A DNA stretch of 64,000 bases from Sphingobacteriales bacterium (GTDB lineage Bacteria > Bacteroidota > Bacteroidia > Chitinophagales > Chitinophagaceae), in contig JAHEBJ010000007.1 in assembly GCA_024642285.1 (NCBI GenBank), positions 11,017-75,016 of the forward strand. Direction: 5' to 3'. Position 1 is the stretch's first letter, and each line of letters opens with the position of its first letter. This document shows, piece by piece, positions 1 through 8,403 of this stretch. The notes under the pieces are model-generated. The model did no database searches. It had not been told where the DNA came from and was given only the letters and a program-made list of their open reading frames with translations. The position numbers were made by a program, and so were the translations under genes.

Positions 1-34
1 CCGTTTCTTGATCTAAAAATAATAATACGGGGGT

Positions 35-1165
35 TTAAATATCTTGATTGTTGATTGCATTCAACTCCGAAACAAAATTTTCTACCACATAATCCAGACT
101 GTTTTTAAAATCAACAGACAGGATCTTCTCTAATGATTCCGTTTCATTTATTGCATCATGTAACGAGAAATTGTGCTGATTGGAGGTATAAAAAAATCTT
201 TGACCATGTAAAAAATCTGCCAGATACTCCTGTTCTGTTTGTCCGGGCGTAGGCACAAGTGTTGCTGTTTTTTGAAGTGTGACAAGATCCATTATACTGG
301 AATATCCACTCCGGCAAACAACTTGTTTCGACTGTAGCAAAACACGGTTTAGTTCCTTGGATGGTAAGTGATTTACAATTTCAACAAGCGGATTTTCTAC
401 TGACGGAATTTTTGTCTCCAAAGGCAGGCCCCTTACCAAAATTGCAGGTTTGGTAAGGCCGGTGAGTTCTTGGAAAATTATGTTTTCGAAAACAGTCCGT
501 TGCGGCTCGGGCCCAGAGAGAACGATACAAAGCTCATATTTTAAAACTTCATCAGATTTTTTAAACCTGGATAACGGACCAATATAGCTAACCGGAGTTT
601 TTGGCAGCCTGGCCGGATGCGACAGATCGCCAGCCAGATTAACCTTGCCTTCCAGGTCGGGAACCCAGCAAACAGTAAATTTATTTATTAAACGATAATT
701 AAATTTCAGCAGTATTTTTTCGGTAAATGACCAGCCCGTTTTTATCAATAACTGGTGAGTAATATAAACCGAAGGAATCTTTTTATAACACAAACCGAAA
801 CGGTTATCAGAAATGACAGCGTCAATTTTATATTGTTCAACAGTTTTTTTTAGCCACCGGCGTTCTTTATAGATCCGATAAATTATTTTAGGAATCTGAA
901 TAAAGACTTTTAACGGAAACCATATTTTTCTGCGGCTGTACCTTACACGATATCCTTTTAAATGAATAAATTTCAAATCAGGAAACTCCTTTTTGAGCAA
1001 ATGAAACGCAGCGCCTTCTGCAGCAATTACCACTTGACAGTTTAGGTTGATAAGCTTCAATATAACTGGAATGCAGCGGGTTGCGTGCCCAAGCCCCCAA
1101 TCAAGTGGAGCAATCAAGACTCTGGGACAACCTGTACGACTGTTAAAATTTTCCACTTTGATCAA
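35..1165 (-). CDS. Glycosyltransferase, GT-B fold (GT28/MurG-like)
   Basis: 376-aa ORF, TTG start; N-terminal PLDWGLGHATRC, ISDNRFG and C-terminal RSGYSSIMD/PTPGQTEQEYLA motifs typical of the Bacteroidota GT28-like family. Confidence 0.8.
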   Translation of the reverse strand: MIKVENFNSRTGCPRVLIAPLDWGLGHATRCIPVILKLINLNCQVVIAAEGAAFHLLKKEFPDLKFIHLKGYRVRYSRRKIWFPLKVFIQIPKIIYRIYKERRWLKKTVEQYKIDAVISDNRFGLCYKKIPSVYITHQLLIKTGWSFTEKILLKFNYRLINKFTVCWVPDLEGKVNLAGDLSHPARLPKTPVSYIGPLSRFKKSDEVLKYELCIVLSGPEPQRTVFENIIFQELTGLTKPAILVRGLPLETKIPSVENPLVEIVNHLPSKELNRVLLQSKQVVCRSGYSSIMDLVTLQKTATLVPTPGQTEQEYLADFLHGQRFFYTSNQHNFSLHDAINETESLEKILSVDFKNSLDYVVENFVSELNAINNQDI

Positions 1166-1215
1166 AACAATGCAATAAATGTTAATTAAAATAGTTTAAA
1201 TTGTAACCTGAAATT

Positions 1216-1344
1216 ATGAAACAAATAAACAAATTACCGTTACTACTGTTAATCCTGTTCACTGTATTGGTTTCAACGGGCTGCGCCTCTACTAAAAAAG
1301 GGTGCGGCTGTCCTAATATATCGGGCATGTCGGGGTACAAATAG
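1216..1344 (+). CDS. Small Cys-rich lipoprotein, 42 aa (not in ORF track)
   Basis: Hand translation ATG1216-TAG1344: MKQINKLPLLLLILFTVLVSTGCASTKKGCGCPNISGMSGYK; basic N-terminus, hydrophobic core, lipobox VSTG-C; AT-rich 5' context. Confidence 0.7.
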   Translation: MKQINKLPLLLLILFTVLVSTGCASTKKGCGCPNISGMSGYK

Positions 1345-1366
1345 CAGTTTTTAAATCTTCCCAAAG

Positions 1367-1615
1367 ATGAACAACGCAAACCGCGATCTTTTGGTTTTGT
1401 TCAACCAGGAATTAATGACGCCACAAGCTATAGAGCATGAGGTTGAATTACTCCATCAACTCCTGTATTCTATTGAGAGATTAGATAACCTGGTAATTGC
1501 TCATGAAATTATTGACCTGAATAAATACAGGGTGATTACCAAACCGCTGCAGCTTCGCAAACTGATTCGTCTTAGCGAATTAAAACCTTTTGTTTTTTTA
1601 AGTTGCAAGAATTAA
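1367..1615 (+). CDS. Hypothetical protein, 82 aa
   Basis: ATG start, protein-like helical composition, fills the gap between the lipoprotein ORF and the convergent aminotransferase. Confidence 0.7.
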   Translation: MNNANRDLLVLFNQELMTPQAIEHEVELLHQLLYSIERLDNLVIAHEIIDLNKYRVITKPLQLRKLIRLSELKPFVFLSCKN

Positions 1616-1638
1616 TGCGGCTCTGGTATTTAAAAAAA

Positions 1639-2904
1639 TCAACTCAATTTACTTAGTGCACTTTTCAGCGCTCCAAGCATTTCATTAATCTCTTCTTTTT
1701 TACATGTTCCCACGCTCAGCCTGTACCAGCTGCTGTCGCGGTTTGCGCCAAATGCATAAAAAGGAACTACGGCAATTTTTGCTTCATCTAAAATATATGA
1801 AGTTACATCTGCCTGTGTGCTTAATGTTGTTCCTTCGGATGTTGTTCTTCCGGCATAATCAATTTGTATGGTAAGATAAATTGCGGCTTCTGGCGCAATA
1901 GCATCAACACTAAAGCCAGCGGTTTTCATTTGCTGAAAACCGTCAAATATTTTTTGCAACCTTTCATTTATTTCCGATTTGAAATTTGCAAAAAATAAGT
2001 CGATAGCTTCTGTTTTCAATAAGTATTTTGCAACAGCTCTTTGCTCGGCCATTGGCGCCCATGCGCCAAGGTGACTGTTAATGGCACGCATTTTAGTAAG
2101 CACCTCTGTTGGACCCAGCGCCCAGCCAACCCGAACACCGGTTCCTGCAAATGCTTTGCTGATTCCATCAATAAAAACAGTATACGATCTCATTTCAGGT
2201 CGAAGTGTTACCGGGTCGTAGTGAACAGTATCCCCAAAAGTAAGCGTCCAATAAATCTGGTCATACATCAGGTATAATTTCTTTTCTCCTTCCGCACGGC
2301 TTTTATTTTCGTCAAGCACAATGTCGCAAATGGCTGTTAGCTCGGTTTTTGAAAAAGTAGTTCCTGTTGGGTTTAACGGAGAACATAATGAAAGTAATGA
2401 GGCACCCTTTATATGCTCTTTTATCTGCGCTGCCGTAAGCATGAAGTTGTTTTCTTTTTTTGCTTCCAGCATGACATGCTCACCCTCGGTGAAATGTACA
2501 TAGTGATTATTATTCCAGCTGGGCGCTGGATAAATCACTTTATCTCCTTTATCAACAATGGCCCTGTACAGCGCATAGATAAGCGGCCTGCCGCCAGCGG
2601 CGATTAAGATTTCGCCAGCTGAATAATCCAGTCCACCTCTTTGTTTCATAAAAGATGAAACTGCTTCTCTCAGATCCATGTTGCCATCGGCCGCGGGATA
2701 AGTAGTGTGTTTATTTTTATAAGCGGTAATGATCTCCTCTTCCAGCTCAACAGGAATTGGGAATATTGATGAATCAAAATCGCCGATAGTATAGTTATAG
2801 ATTTTTTCGCCCTGCTTTATTTTTTCTTTGATAGAAGCGCCGAGTTTGACAATCTCAGAACCCCTCATAGTTTCGGCCAGTACACTCAGTTTTACATTAT
2901 TCAT
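1639..2904 (-). CDS. PLP-dependent aminotransferase class I/II (aspartate aminotransferase-like)
   Basis: 421 aa; SPLNPTGT, DQIY, GISKAFAGTGVRVGW (PLP-binding Lys) motifs. Confidence 0.9.
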   Translation of the reverse strand: MNNVKLSVLAETMRGSEIVKLGASIKEKIKQGEKIYNYTIGDFDSSIFPIPVELEEEIITAYKNKHTTYPAADGNMDLREAVSSFMKQRGGLDYSAGEILIAAGGRPLIYALYRAIVDKGDKVIYPAPSWNNNHYVHFTEGEHVMLEAKKENNFMLTAAQIKEHIKGASLLSLCSPLNPTGTTFSKTELTAICDIVLDENKSRAEGEKKLYLMYDQIYWTLTFGDTVHYDPVTLRPEMRSYTVFIDGISKAFAGTGVRVGWALGPTEVLTKMRAINSHLGAWAPMAEQRAVAKYLLKTEAIDLFFANFKSEINERLQKIFDGFQQMKTAGFSVDAIAPEAAIYLTIQIDYAGRTTSEGTTLSTQADVTSYILDEAKIAVVPFYAFGANRDSSWYRLSVGTCKKEEINEMLGALKSALSKLS

Positions 2905-2956
2905 AAGCTAGTCGTTAGTTGACAAAAGTAAAAATTTAAGAGGGTATGGCAAAGAA

Positions 2957-2985
2957 TAAAAAAAGAGGCGCTTAATAAGCGCCTC
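2957..2985 (-). terminator. Intrinsic terminator downstream of the Asp-box protein gene
   Basis: GAGGCGCTT-AAT-AAGCGCCTC perfect inverted repeat; the A-tract on the left reads as a U-tail on the minus strand. Confidence 0.75.
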
Positions 2986-3005
2986 CTGTATAAATCGATA
3001 AAAAA

Positions 3006-6000
3006 TTAATCAATTACCTTATATGGCTTAAACAGACTAAGTGGCGTTGCATCAACCAGTTTTTTATATTCCTCCCATTTACCATTAAAAAAAGTATTTG
3101 TTTTTTGCACAGCCTCGTTAACCATTTGTTCGGCCTCTGTTGCTAATCTCATTTCCTGTTGATCGGGGACTTTAATTTTACGCAACACTTCGCCACGGGC
3201 TTCGCCTAAAGTGCCATTAACAGTTAGCTGGTACGGAGAGCCATAACCTTGTTTTTCCTGCGGTTTGCCAAAGATAAAACTGCGGATGCTTTTTATAGAA
3301 TCTGTCATCTCCTTGCCGGCTTTTTTTAAACTGTCAATAGCTTTGCCGTCTTCATTTTTTAATTGCCCTTCAATTTTAGCGATTGTTTCTTCTGCATCAC
3401 TAAGTCGATCTGTTACTTCAACAAGCCGCAAAGTACTTTTATCCAGCCTGTCAATCATTTTCATTTTGGCATCGTAAACTTCTTTGCTGTCTGGGGCTGA
3501 CGGGTCATGATTCACAACAATCATTGTTGAGTCGGATTCCTTCCCTACAGTAACAACTAATTTATAAATACCCGGAAAAACTGATAAGCCTCTTGGTTCA
3601 GGTGAATTTGGTTTTGGCTTTGGAGATCCCGGCTGACGTATTCCCCTGGCTTCAAACCCCCAGCTGTTTCTGTTAAGGCCGGTATCAACTTTATATTTTA
3701 GTGTTCGTATCAACTCATTTTGTGGGTCGTAAATTTTTACAACGGCAGAATCTTTCCTCGCTCTTTTCGAACTATCTGTTTTTTCATTTGGTTTTATAAA
3801 GAATGAATAGGATGCACCACGGCCCCTGTTCTCGCCTTCATACAACCCCCAACTACTCCAATCGTAACCAGGCTGCGCCCGGTACCTCGCCATATAAGCT
3901 TCCGGAGCAGGAAATACTGTTAATTTTTTTGAGAATGTATTGCCGTTGTTTGCAGCAACTTTTCGTAAAGGTCCTATGTCGTCAAAAACATAAATAGCCC
4001 TGCCGAATGTGCCAATCACCAAGTCTGCTTCTCTTTCTTGAATCGCCATATCGTAGGTTGATACTGACGGATAACCATTTTTCCACTGCTGGAAAACTGT
4101 ACCGTTATCAAAACTTATCCAAAGCCCGTTTTCTGTGCCTACAAAAATTAAATTGGGTTCCACCGGATCCTGTATCATACACAAAGTGTACCCAATTACT
4201 TTTTTCTCATCTACCATACGCTCCCATGTCTGGCCATAATTTTTTGTGCGGAAGATATAGGGTTTAAAATCGGCACGACGATAATCGTTACATACAACGA
4301 ATGCTTCGCCTGCATTATAGCGGCTTGCACGTATCTGGTGTATCCATGCACCTAAAGGCATTCCGGGAATTTTTCCACGAAAGTTTGTCCATGTTTTTCC
4401 AGCATCTTTACTTAACTGTACGTTGCCATCATCGGTACCCACCCAAATAATATTTTTATCTTTTGCCGATGGCTCAATGCAGAGAATGGTATTATAATTT
4501 TCTGCTCCGGTTATATCTACAGATAAGCCGCCGTTATCATCTTGCTTTTGTTGTTCCTTATTATCTGTTGTAAGGTCAGGAGAAATGATCTCCCAGGTCA
4601 GTCCTTTATTTGTGCTTTTATGTACAAACTGGCTGCCGTAATAAATAGTTTTTGAATCGAAGAGGTCTTGCGCAAACGCTGCATTCCAGTTAAAACGTAA
4701 TCTTGTTTTTAAGTCGGGCATTGGCGGCTGAATGGCCATCCGCTCACCGGTTTCAACATTTTGTTTTCCTAAATTCCCGCCCTGACTCATCGAGTAGACC
4801 CAGTCATTGTTATCCGGATCCGGAGCAGCGTCAAAGCCATCTCCGCCGCCAATATTATCCCAGTAATAATTGCGTATGCCGCCGCCACGCCAGATATAAG
4901 CAGGTCCACGCCAGGTTCCGTTGTCCTGCATACCGCCCATAATGTTGTAAGGTATTTTGTTATCTACAGCAATATGATAAAATTGTCCAACAGGAATCAG
5001 CTCATTAAAGTTCCAGTTGCGGCCACGGTCCCTGCTGATGCCGATACCACCATCGTTTCCGTCAATAATTAAATTGGGGTCTAACGGGTTTATCCAAAAG
5101 GCATGATGATCAGGATGGATACCGCTGTAAGGAATAATTGTTTTAAAAGAATTTCCACCATCCTCACTCATGGTAATGGTTTGTTTGATATTGTACAAAC
5201 GATTCTCATTTTTGGGGTCAACACGTATATCCTGAAAATAAAATGCACGGTTGGTCACTTCTGATTTATCGCTGTTGACCAACTCCCATTTAAAACCACC
5301 GTCGTCGGATATATACAAACCATTTTTAGTAGCTTCTATCAATGCATATACTCTGGAGGGTTCGTTATAAGCAATAGTTAATCCTGTTCGTCCCAGTTCT
5401 CCATCGGGTATACCATCGGCCTTACCCAGCTTTTTCCAGTTCTTTCCACCATCAACCGTAATGTACAAACCACTTCCGTTTCCACCACTGTAAAAACTCC
5501 AGGGCGTACGCTGGTGTTGCCACATAGAGGCAATTAACTTATTAGGATTCGTTGGGTCCATCACCAAATCGGCACAACCGCTGCTATCATTTGTGTGTAA
5601 TATTAGTTTCCAGCTATCGCCCCCATCAGTTGTTTTATAAACACCACGTTCGGGATGTATGCTGTAAGGATTTCCTATAGCAGCAACATAAACCGTGTTG
5701 GGATTATTTGGATCGATGATAATTCGGTGAATGTTTTTGGTTTTTTCCAAACCCAGCATAATCCAGTTCTTTCCGCCATCCATTGTTTTATAAATTCCAC
5801 CGCCAATATTTATGGAGTTGCGTGGATTTCCTTCGCCTGTTCCTACCCAAACCACGGAGGGGTTGCTTTGTTGAATGGCAACAGCACCGATATTCAATGT
5901 GGGCTGTTCATCAAAAACTGCTGTCCAGTTGGCCCCGCTGTTTTCGGTTTTCCAAACACCGCCCGATGCAGTACCTATATAAATAAGATCGGGATTAGTG

Positions 6001-6161
6001 TGCAGCGCATCAATAGTGGTTACCCTGCCGCTCATTCCGGCCGGGCCAATGCTGCGGGGTTTTAAATTTTTAAACTGGTCTAGTGAAATTTTTTGAGCAA
6101 CTGCAGTGCAGCAGGTTCCGAGTAGACAAAAACAAAGGAATAACGTAGCTATATTCTTCAT
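3006..6161 (-). CDS. Secreted VPS10/BNR Asp-box beta-propeller protein (often annotated glycosyl hydrolase)
   Basis: 1051 aa, signal peptide, about 11 Asp-box repeats (e.g. KTMDGGKNW, KTTDGGDSW, ISDDGGFKW, LSKDAGKTW), helical C-terminus. Confidence 0.85.
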   Translation of the reverse strand: MKNIATLFLCFCLLGTCCTAVAQKISLDQFKNLKPRSIGPAGMSGRVTTIDALHTNPDLIYIGTASGGVWKTENSGANWTAVFDEQPTLNIGAVAIQQSNPSVVWVGTGEGNPRNSINIGGGIYKTMDGGKNWIMLGLEKTKNIHRIIIDPNNPNTVYVAAIGNPYSIHPERGVYKTTDGGDSWKLILHTNDSSGCADLVMDPTNPNKLIASMWQHQRTPWSFYSGGNGSGLYITVDGGKNWKKLGKADGIPDGELGRTGLTIAYNEPSRVYALIEATKNGLYISDDGGFKWELVNSDKSEVTNRAFYFQDIRVDPKNENRLYNIKQTITMSEDGGNSFKTIIPYSGIHPDHHAFWINPLDPNLIIDGNDGGIGISRDRGRNWNFNELIPVGQFYHIAVDNKIPYNIMGGMQDNGTWRGPAYIWRGGGIRNYYWDNIGGGDGFDAAPDPDNNDWVYSMSQGGNLGKQNVETGERMAIQPPMPDLKTRLRFNWNAAFAQDLFDSKTIYYGSQFVHKSTNKGLTWEIISPDLTTDNKEQQKQDDNGGLSVDITGAENYNTILCIEPSAKDKNIIWVGTDDGNVQLSKDAGKTWTNFRGKIPGMPLGAWIHQIRASRYNAGEAFVVCNDYRRADFKPYIFRTKNYGQTWERMVDEKKVIGYTLCMIQDPVEPNLIFVGTENGLWISFDNGTVFQQWKNGYPSVSTYDMAIQEREADLVIGTFGRAIYVFDDIGPLRKVAANNGNTFSKKLTVFPAPEAYMARYRAQPGYDWSSWGLYEGENRGRGASYSFFIKPNEKTDSSKRARKDSAVVKIYDPQNELIRTLKYKVDTGLNRNSWGFEARGIRQPGSPKPKPNSPEPRGLSVFPGIYKLVVTVGKESDSTMIVVNHDPSAPDSKEVYDAKMKMIDRLDKSTLRLVEVTDRLSDAEETIAKIEGQLKNEDGKAIDSLKKAGKEMTDSIKSIRSFIFGKPQEKQGYGSPYQLTVNGTLGEARGEVLRKIKVPDQQEMRLATEAEQMVNEAVQKTNTFFNGKWEEYKKLVDATPLSLFKPYKVID

Positions 6162-6504
6162 TGATAGATTTTTAGGTACTGAAGATGCAAAAAAAATACG
6201 AGCCTACAAATAAGAAATGATGAGTGGGCAGATTTAAAATCGTATAAAATTAGTTTATGCATCCAGGGTTTCCGACTCTCTTCCGGCCGGCGGAATCTTG
6301 GAATGGTATTTACCCGGCAAATCTGATACGGATATCATTCATCTGAATTGCGAAAAATTAGGACTTGATAAAAAAATGACAATATGGAGTCCTGCAGAAG
6401 TAAACGGCACGGAGGCTTACTCAAAATATTTGCACAGTGGGGCGTTTTATAAAACAGCTAAATTGCAGCAAATTTAATTGGTTTGTGTAAGAAAGCCTGA
6501 TTGA

Positions 6505-7065
6505 TTATTGTTTCTTATCAAATTTGTTTTCTGCAACCTTTGCTTTCTCAAAATCGAGTATCACCGAATTGATGCAATAACGCAATCCGGTTGGAGGAGG
6601 GCCATCGTCAAATACATGGCCTAAATGACCTTTACATTTACCGCACATTACTTCTGTGCGACTCATACCGAAAGTATTGTCGGGAGCGTAAATGATGCTG
6701 CTCTTACTGATGGGTTCAAAAAAACTAGGCCAGCCGCAATTACTCTCAAACTTTCCATTGCTGTTAAATAGCGGATTACCACAGGCTGCGCAGTAATACG
6801 TTCCGCCTTCTTTATGGTCCCAGAATTTTCCGGTGAAAGCACGTTCGGTTCCTTTTTCACGTGATATATGATATACATCACCGGGCAACATTTTCTTCCA
6901 CTCCTCATTGCTGATCTCTACCTTGGCGGTATCGGTTTTCGAATAAACTATATTATCTTTTTTAATGGAATCCATGGTTTTTGTATTGTTTTGTTTAACC
7001 TGTGAGTTGGCACAGCCTGAAAATAATAAAAAAGCAATTATTGCTAAAATGTTGATCTGTCGCAT
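6505..7065 (-). CDS. msrB: Peptide-methionine (R)-S-oxide reductase with lipoprotein signal
   Basis: GTERAFTG, CAAC and CGKC Zn pairs, CGWPSF, GHLGHVFDDGP, RYCINS; N-terminal LFSG-C lipobox. Confidence 0.93.
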   Translation of the reverse strand: MRQINILAIIAFLLFSGCANSQVKQNNTKTMDSIKKDNIVYSKTDTAKVEISNEEWKKMLPGDVYHISREKGTERAFTGKFWDHKEGGTYYCAACGNPLFNSNGKFESNCGWPSFFEPISKSSIIYAPDNTFGMSRTEVMCGKCKGHLGHVFDDGPPPTGLRYCINSVILDFEKAKVAENKFDKKQ

Positions 7066-7177
7066 AATTAGTAAACAAATTTCGTAATAAATAGTTTCAT
7101 GTATGTACGAAAAGCGGCAATTTTAGGTTTTTAAACAGATTAATTATGCTGTTAATGAATATTTAAAGTACGATTGT

Positions 7178-7185
7178 TATATTTG
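7178..7185 (+). promoter_or_regulatory. Bacteroidota -7 promoter box for adk
   Basis: TATATTTG matches TAnnTTTG, 25 nt upstream of the ATG. Confidence 0.55.
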
Positions 7186-7210
7186 CTGTCCTCACAAGGA
7201 TTTTTAGTAT

Positions 7211-7786
7211 ATGTTTAATTTGATTTTATTTGGCCCTCCGGGAAGTGGCAAAGGAACGCAAAGCGAAAAATTGATGGCCAAATACGGCTTAAAACACCTG
7301 AGTACCGGAGATTTGTTACGCAGTGAAATAAACCGACAGACACCACTTGGTAACGAGGCTCAAAATTTTATGGACAAGGGGCAACTGGTACCAGATGAAG
7401 TAGTTATTGGTATGATCAGTTCGGCGGTGGATGACAACCCCGGAATTAAAGGATTCTTATTTGATGGATTTCCCAGAACAAAGGAACAGGCAAAAGCGCT
7501 TGACAAACTGCTTAAACTAAAAAAAGCTCCCATAACAGCCATGTTGGCATTGGAAGTAAGTGAAGAGGAATTAATAAAAAGATTATTGAAACGGGGTGAA
7601 ACAAGCGGCAGAAGCGATGATGACAACGAAAGCGTTATTCGTGCAAGGATAAATGAATACCGAAGCAAGACTGCTGTAGTGGCCGATTATTATAAGCAAT
7701 TTGATAAAGTGGTAATGGTAAAAGGCGAAGGAACCATTGATGAGATTTTTGCCCGGCTTTGTAAAGAAATAGATAAAAGAGCATAA
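7211..7786 (+). CDS. adk: Adenylate kinase (short LID)
   Basis: GPPGSGKGTQ P-loop, HLSTGDLLR, LFDGFPRT, GRSDD. Confidence 0.96.
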   Translation: MFNLILFGPPGSGKGTQSEKLMAKYGLKHLSTGDLLRSEINRQTPLGNEAQNFMDKGQLVPDEVVIGMISSAVDDNPGIKGFLFDGFPRTKEQAKALDKLLKLKKAPITAMLALEVSEEELIKRLLKRGETSGRSDDDNESVIRARINEYRSKTAVVADYYKQFDKVVMVKGEGTIDEIFARLCKEIDKRA

Positions 7787-7812
7787 GAAGTATATAATGA
7801 ATAAAAGTATTG

Positions 7813-7840
7813 AGCATCCTAAATACGGGATGCTTTTTTA
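7813..7840 (+). terminator. Intrinsic terminator after adk
   Basis: AGCATCC ... GGATGCT stem followed by TTTTT. Confidence 0.7.
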
Positions 7841-7869
7841 TTTTACATTGTAATGCTAAATAAAAAAAT

Positions 7870-8337
7870 ATGGATCAGGAAAAATTGAATTTTGTTACAA
7901 AGGAATGTATCCCACTCTTTAATAACCTTCAGTCCGGCTCCCTTGCAAAATGGGGCAAGATGAATGCCCAACAAATGATAGAGCACGTAGGAATAGTTTA
8001 TCTTATATCAACCGGAAAAATTAAGGCTGAACTAACAACGCCGGTTGAACATTTGCCAAAATACCTCGAATTTTTAAACAGTGAAAAACAATTCAGAGAA
8101 AATACAAAGGCGCCCGAAAACATGCTGGGTGAAGAACCCGCTCCTCTGCGATTTGCAAATTTAGAAGAGGCGAAACAAAAATTAGCAGGTGCTATCGGGT
8201 CATTTGAAAATTATTTTAAACCCGATCCTGAGAAAAGAATCATGCACCCGGTTTTTGGTGAGCTGAACTATGCAGAATGGGTTTTAATGCATTATAAACA
8301 TGTAACCCATCACCTGCGACAATTTGGATTGATGTAA
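7870..8337 (+). CDS. DinB/YfiT-superfamily protein (DUF1569-like)
   Basis: 155 aa; WGKMNAQQMIEH, HPVFGELN, HYKHVTHHLRQFG His motif. Confidence 0.75.
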   Translation: MDQEKLNFVTKECIPLFNNLQSGSLAKWGKMNAQQMIEHVGIVYLISTGKIKAELTTPVEHLPKYLEFLNSEKQFRENTKAPENMLGEEPAPLRFANLEEAKQKLAGAIGSFENYFKPDPEKRIMHPVFGELNYAEWVLMHYKHVTHHLRQFGLM

Positions 8338-8403
8338 TTAATTGTGTAGGCTTTTTGCCTCTTTTCTTTTTAAGTTAACTTAGCAGATTAAAATTTACAA
8401 TTG

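Noticed and set aside
1182-1379. 65-aa minus-strand ORF in the track
   Set aside because: Antisense shadow of the much more convincing 42-aa lipoprotein ORF; no protein-like features
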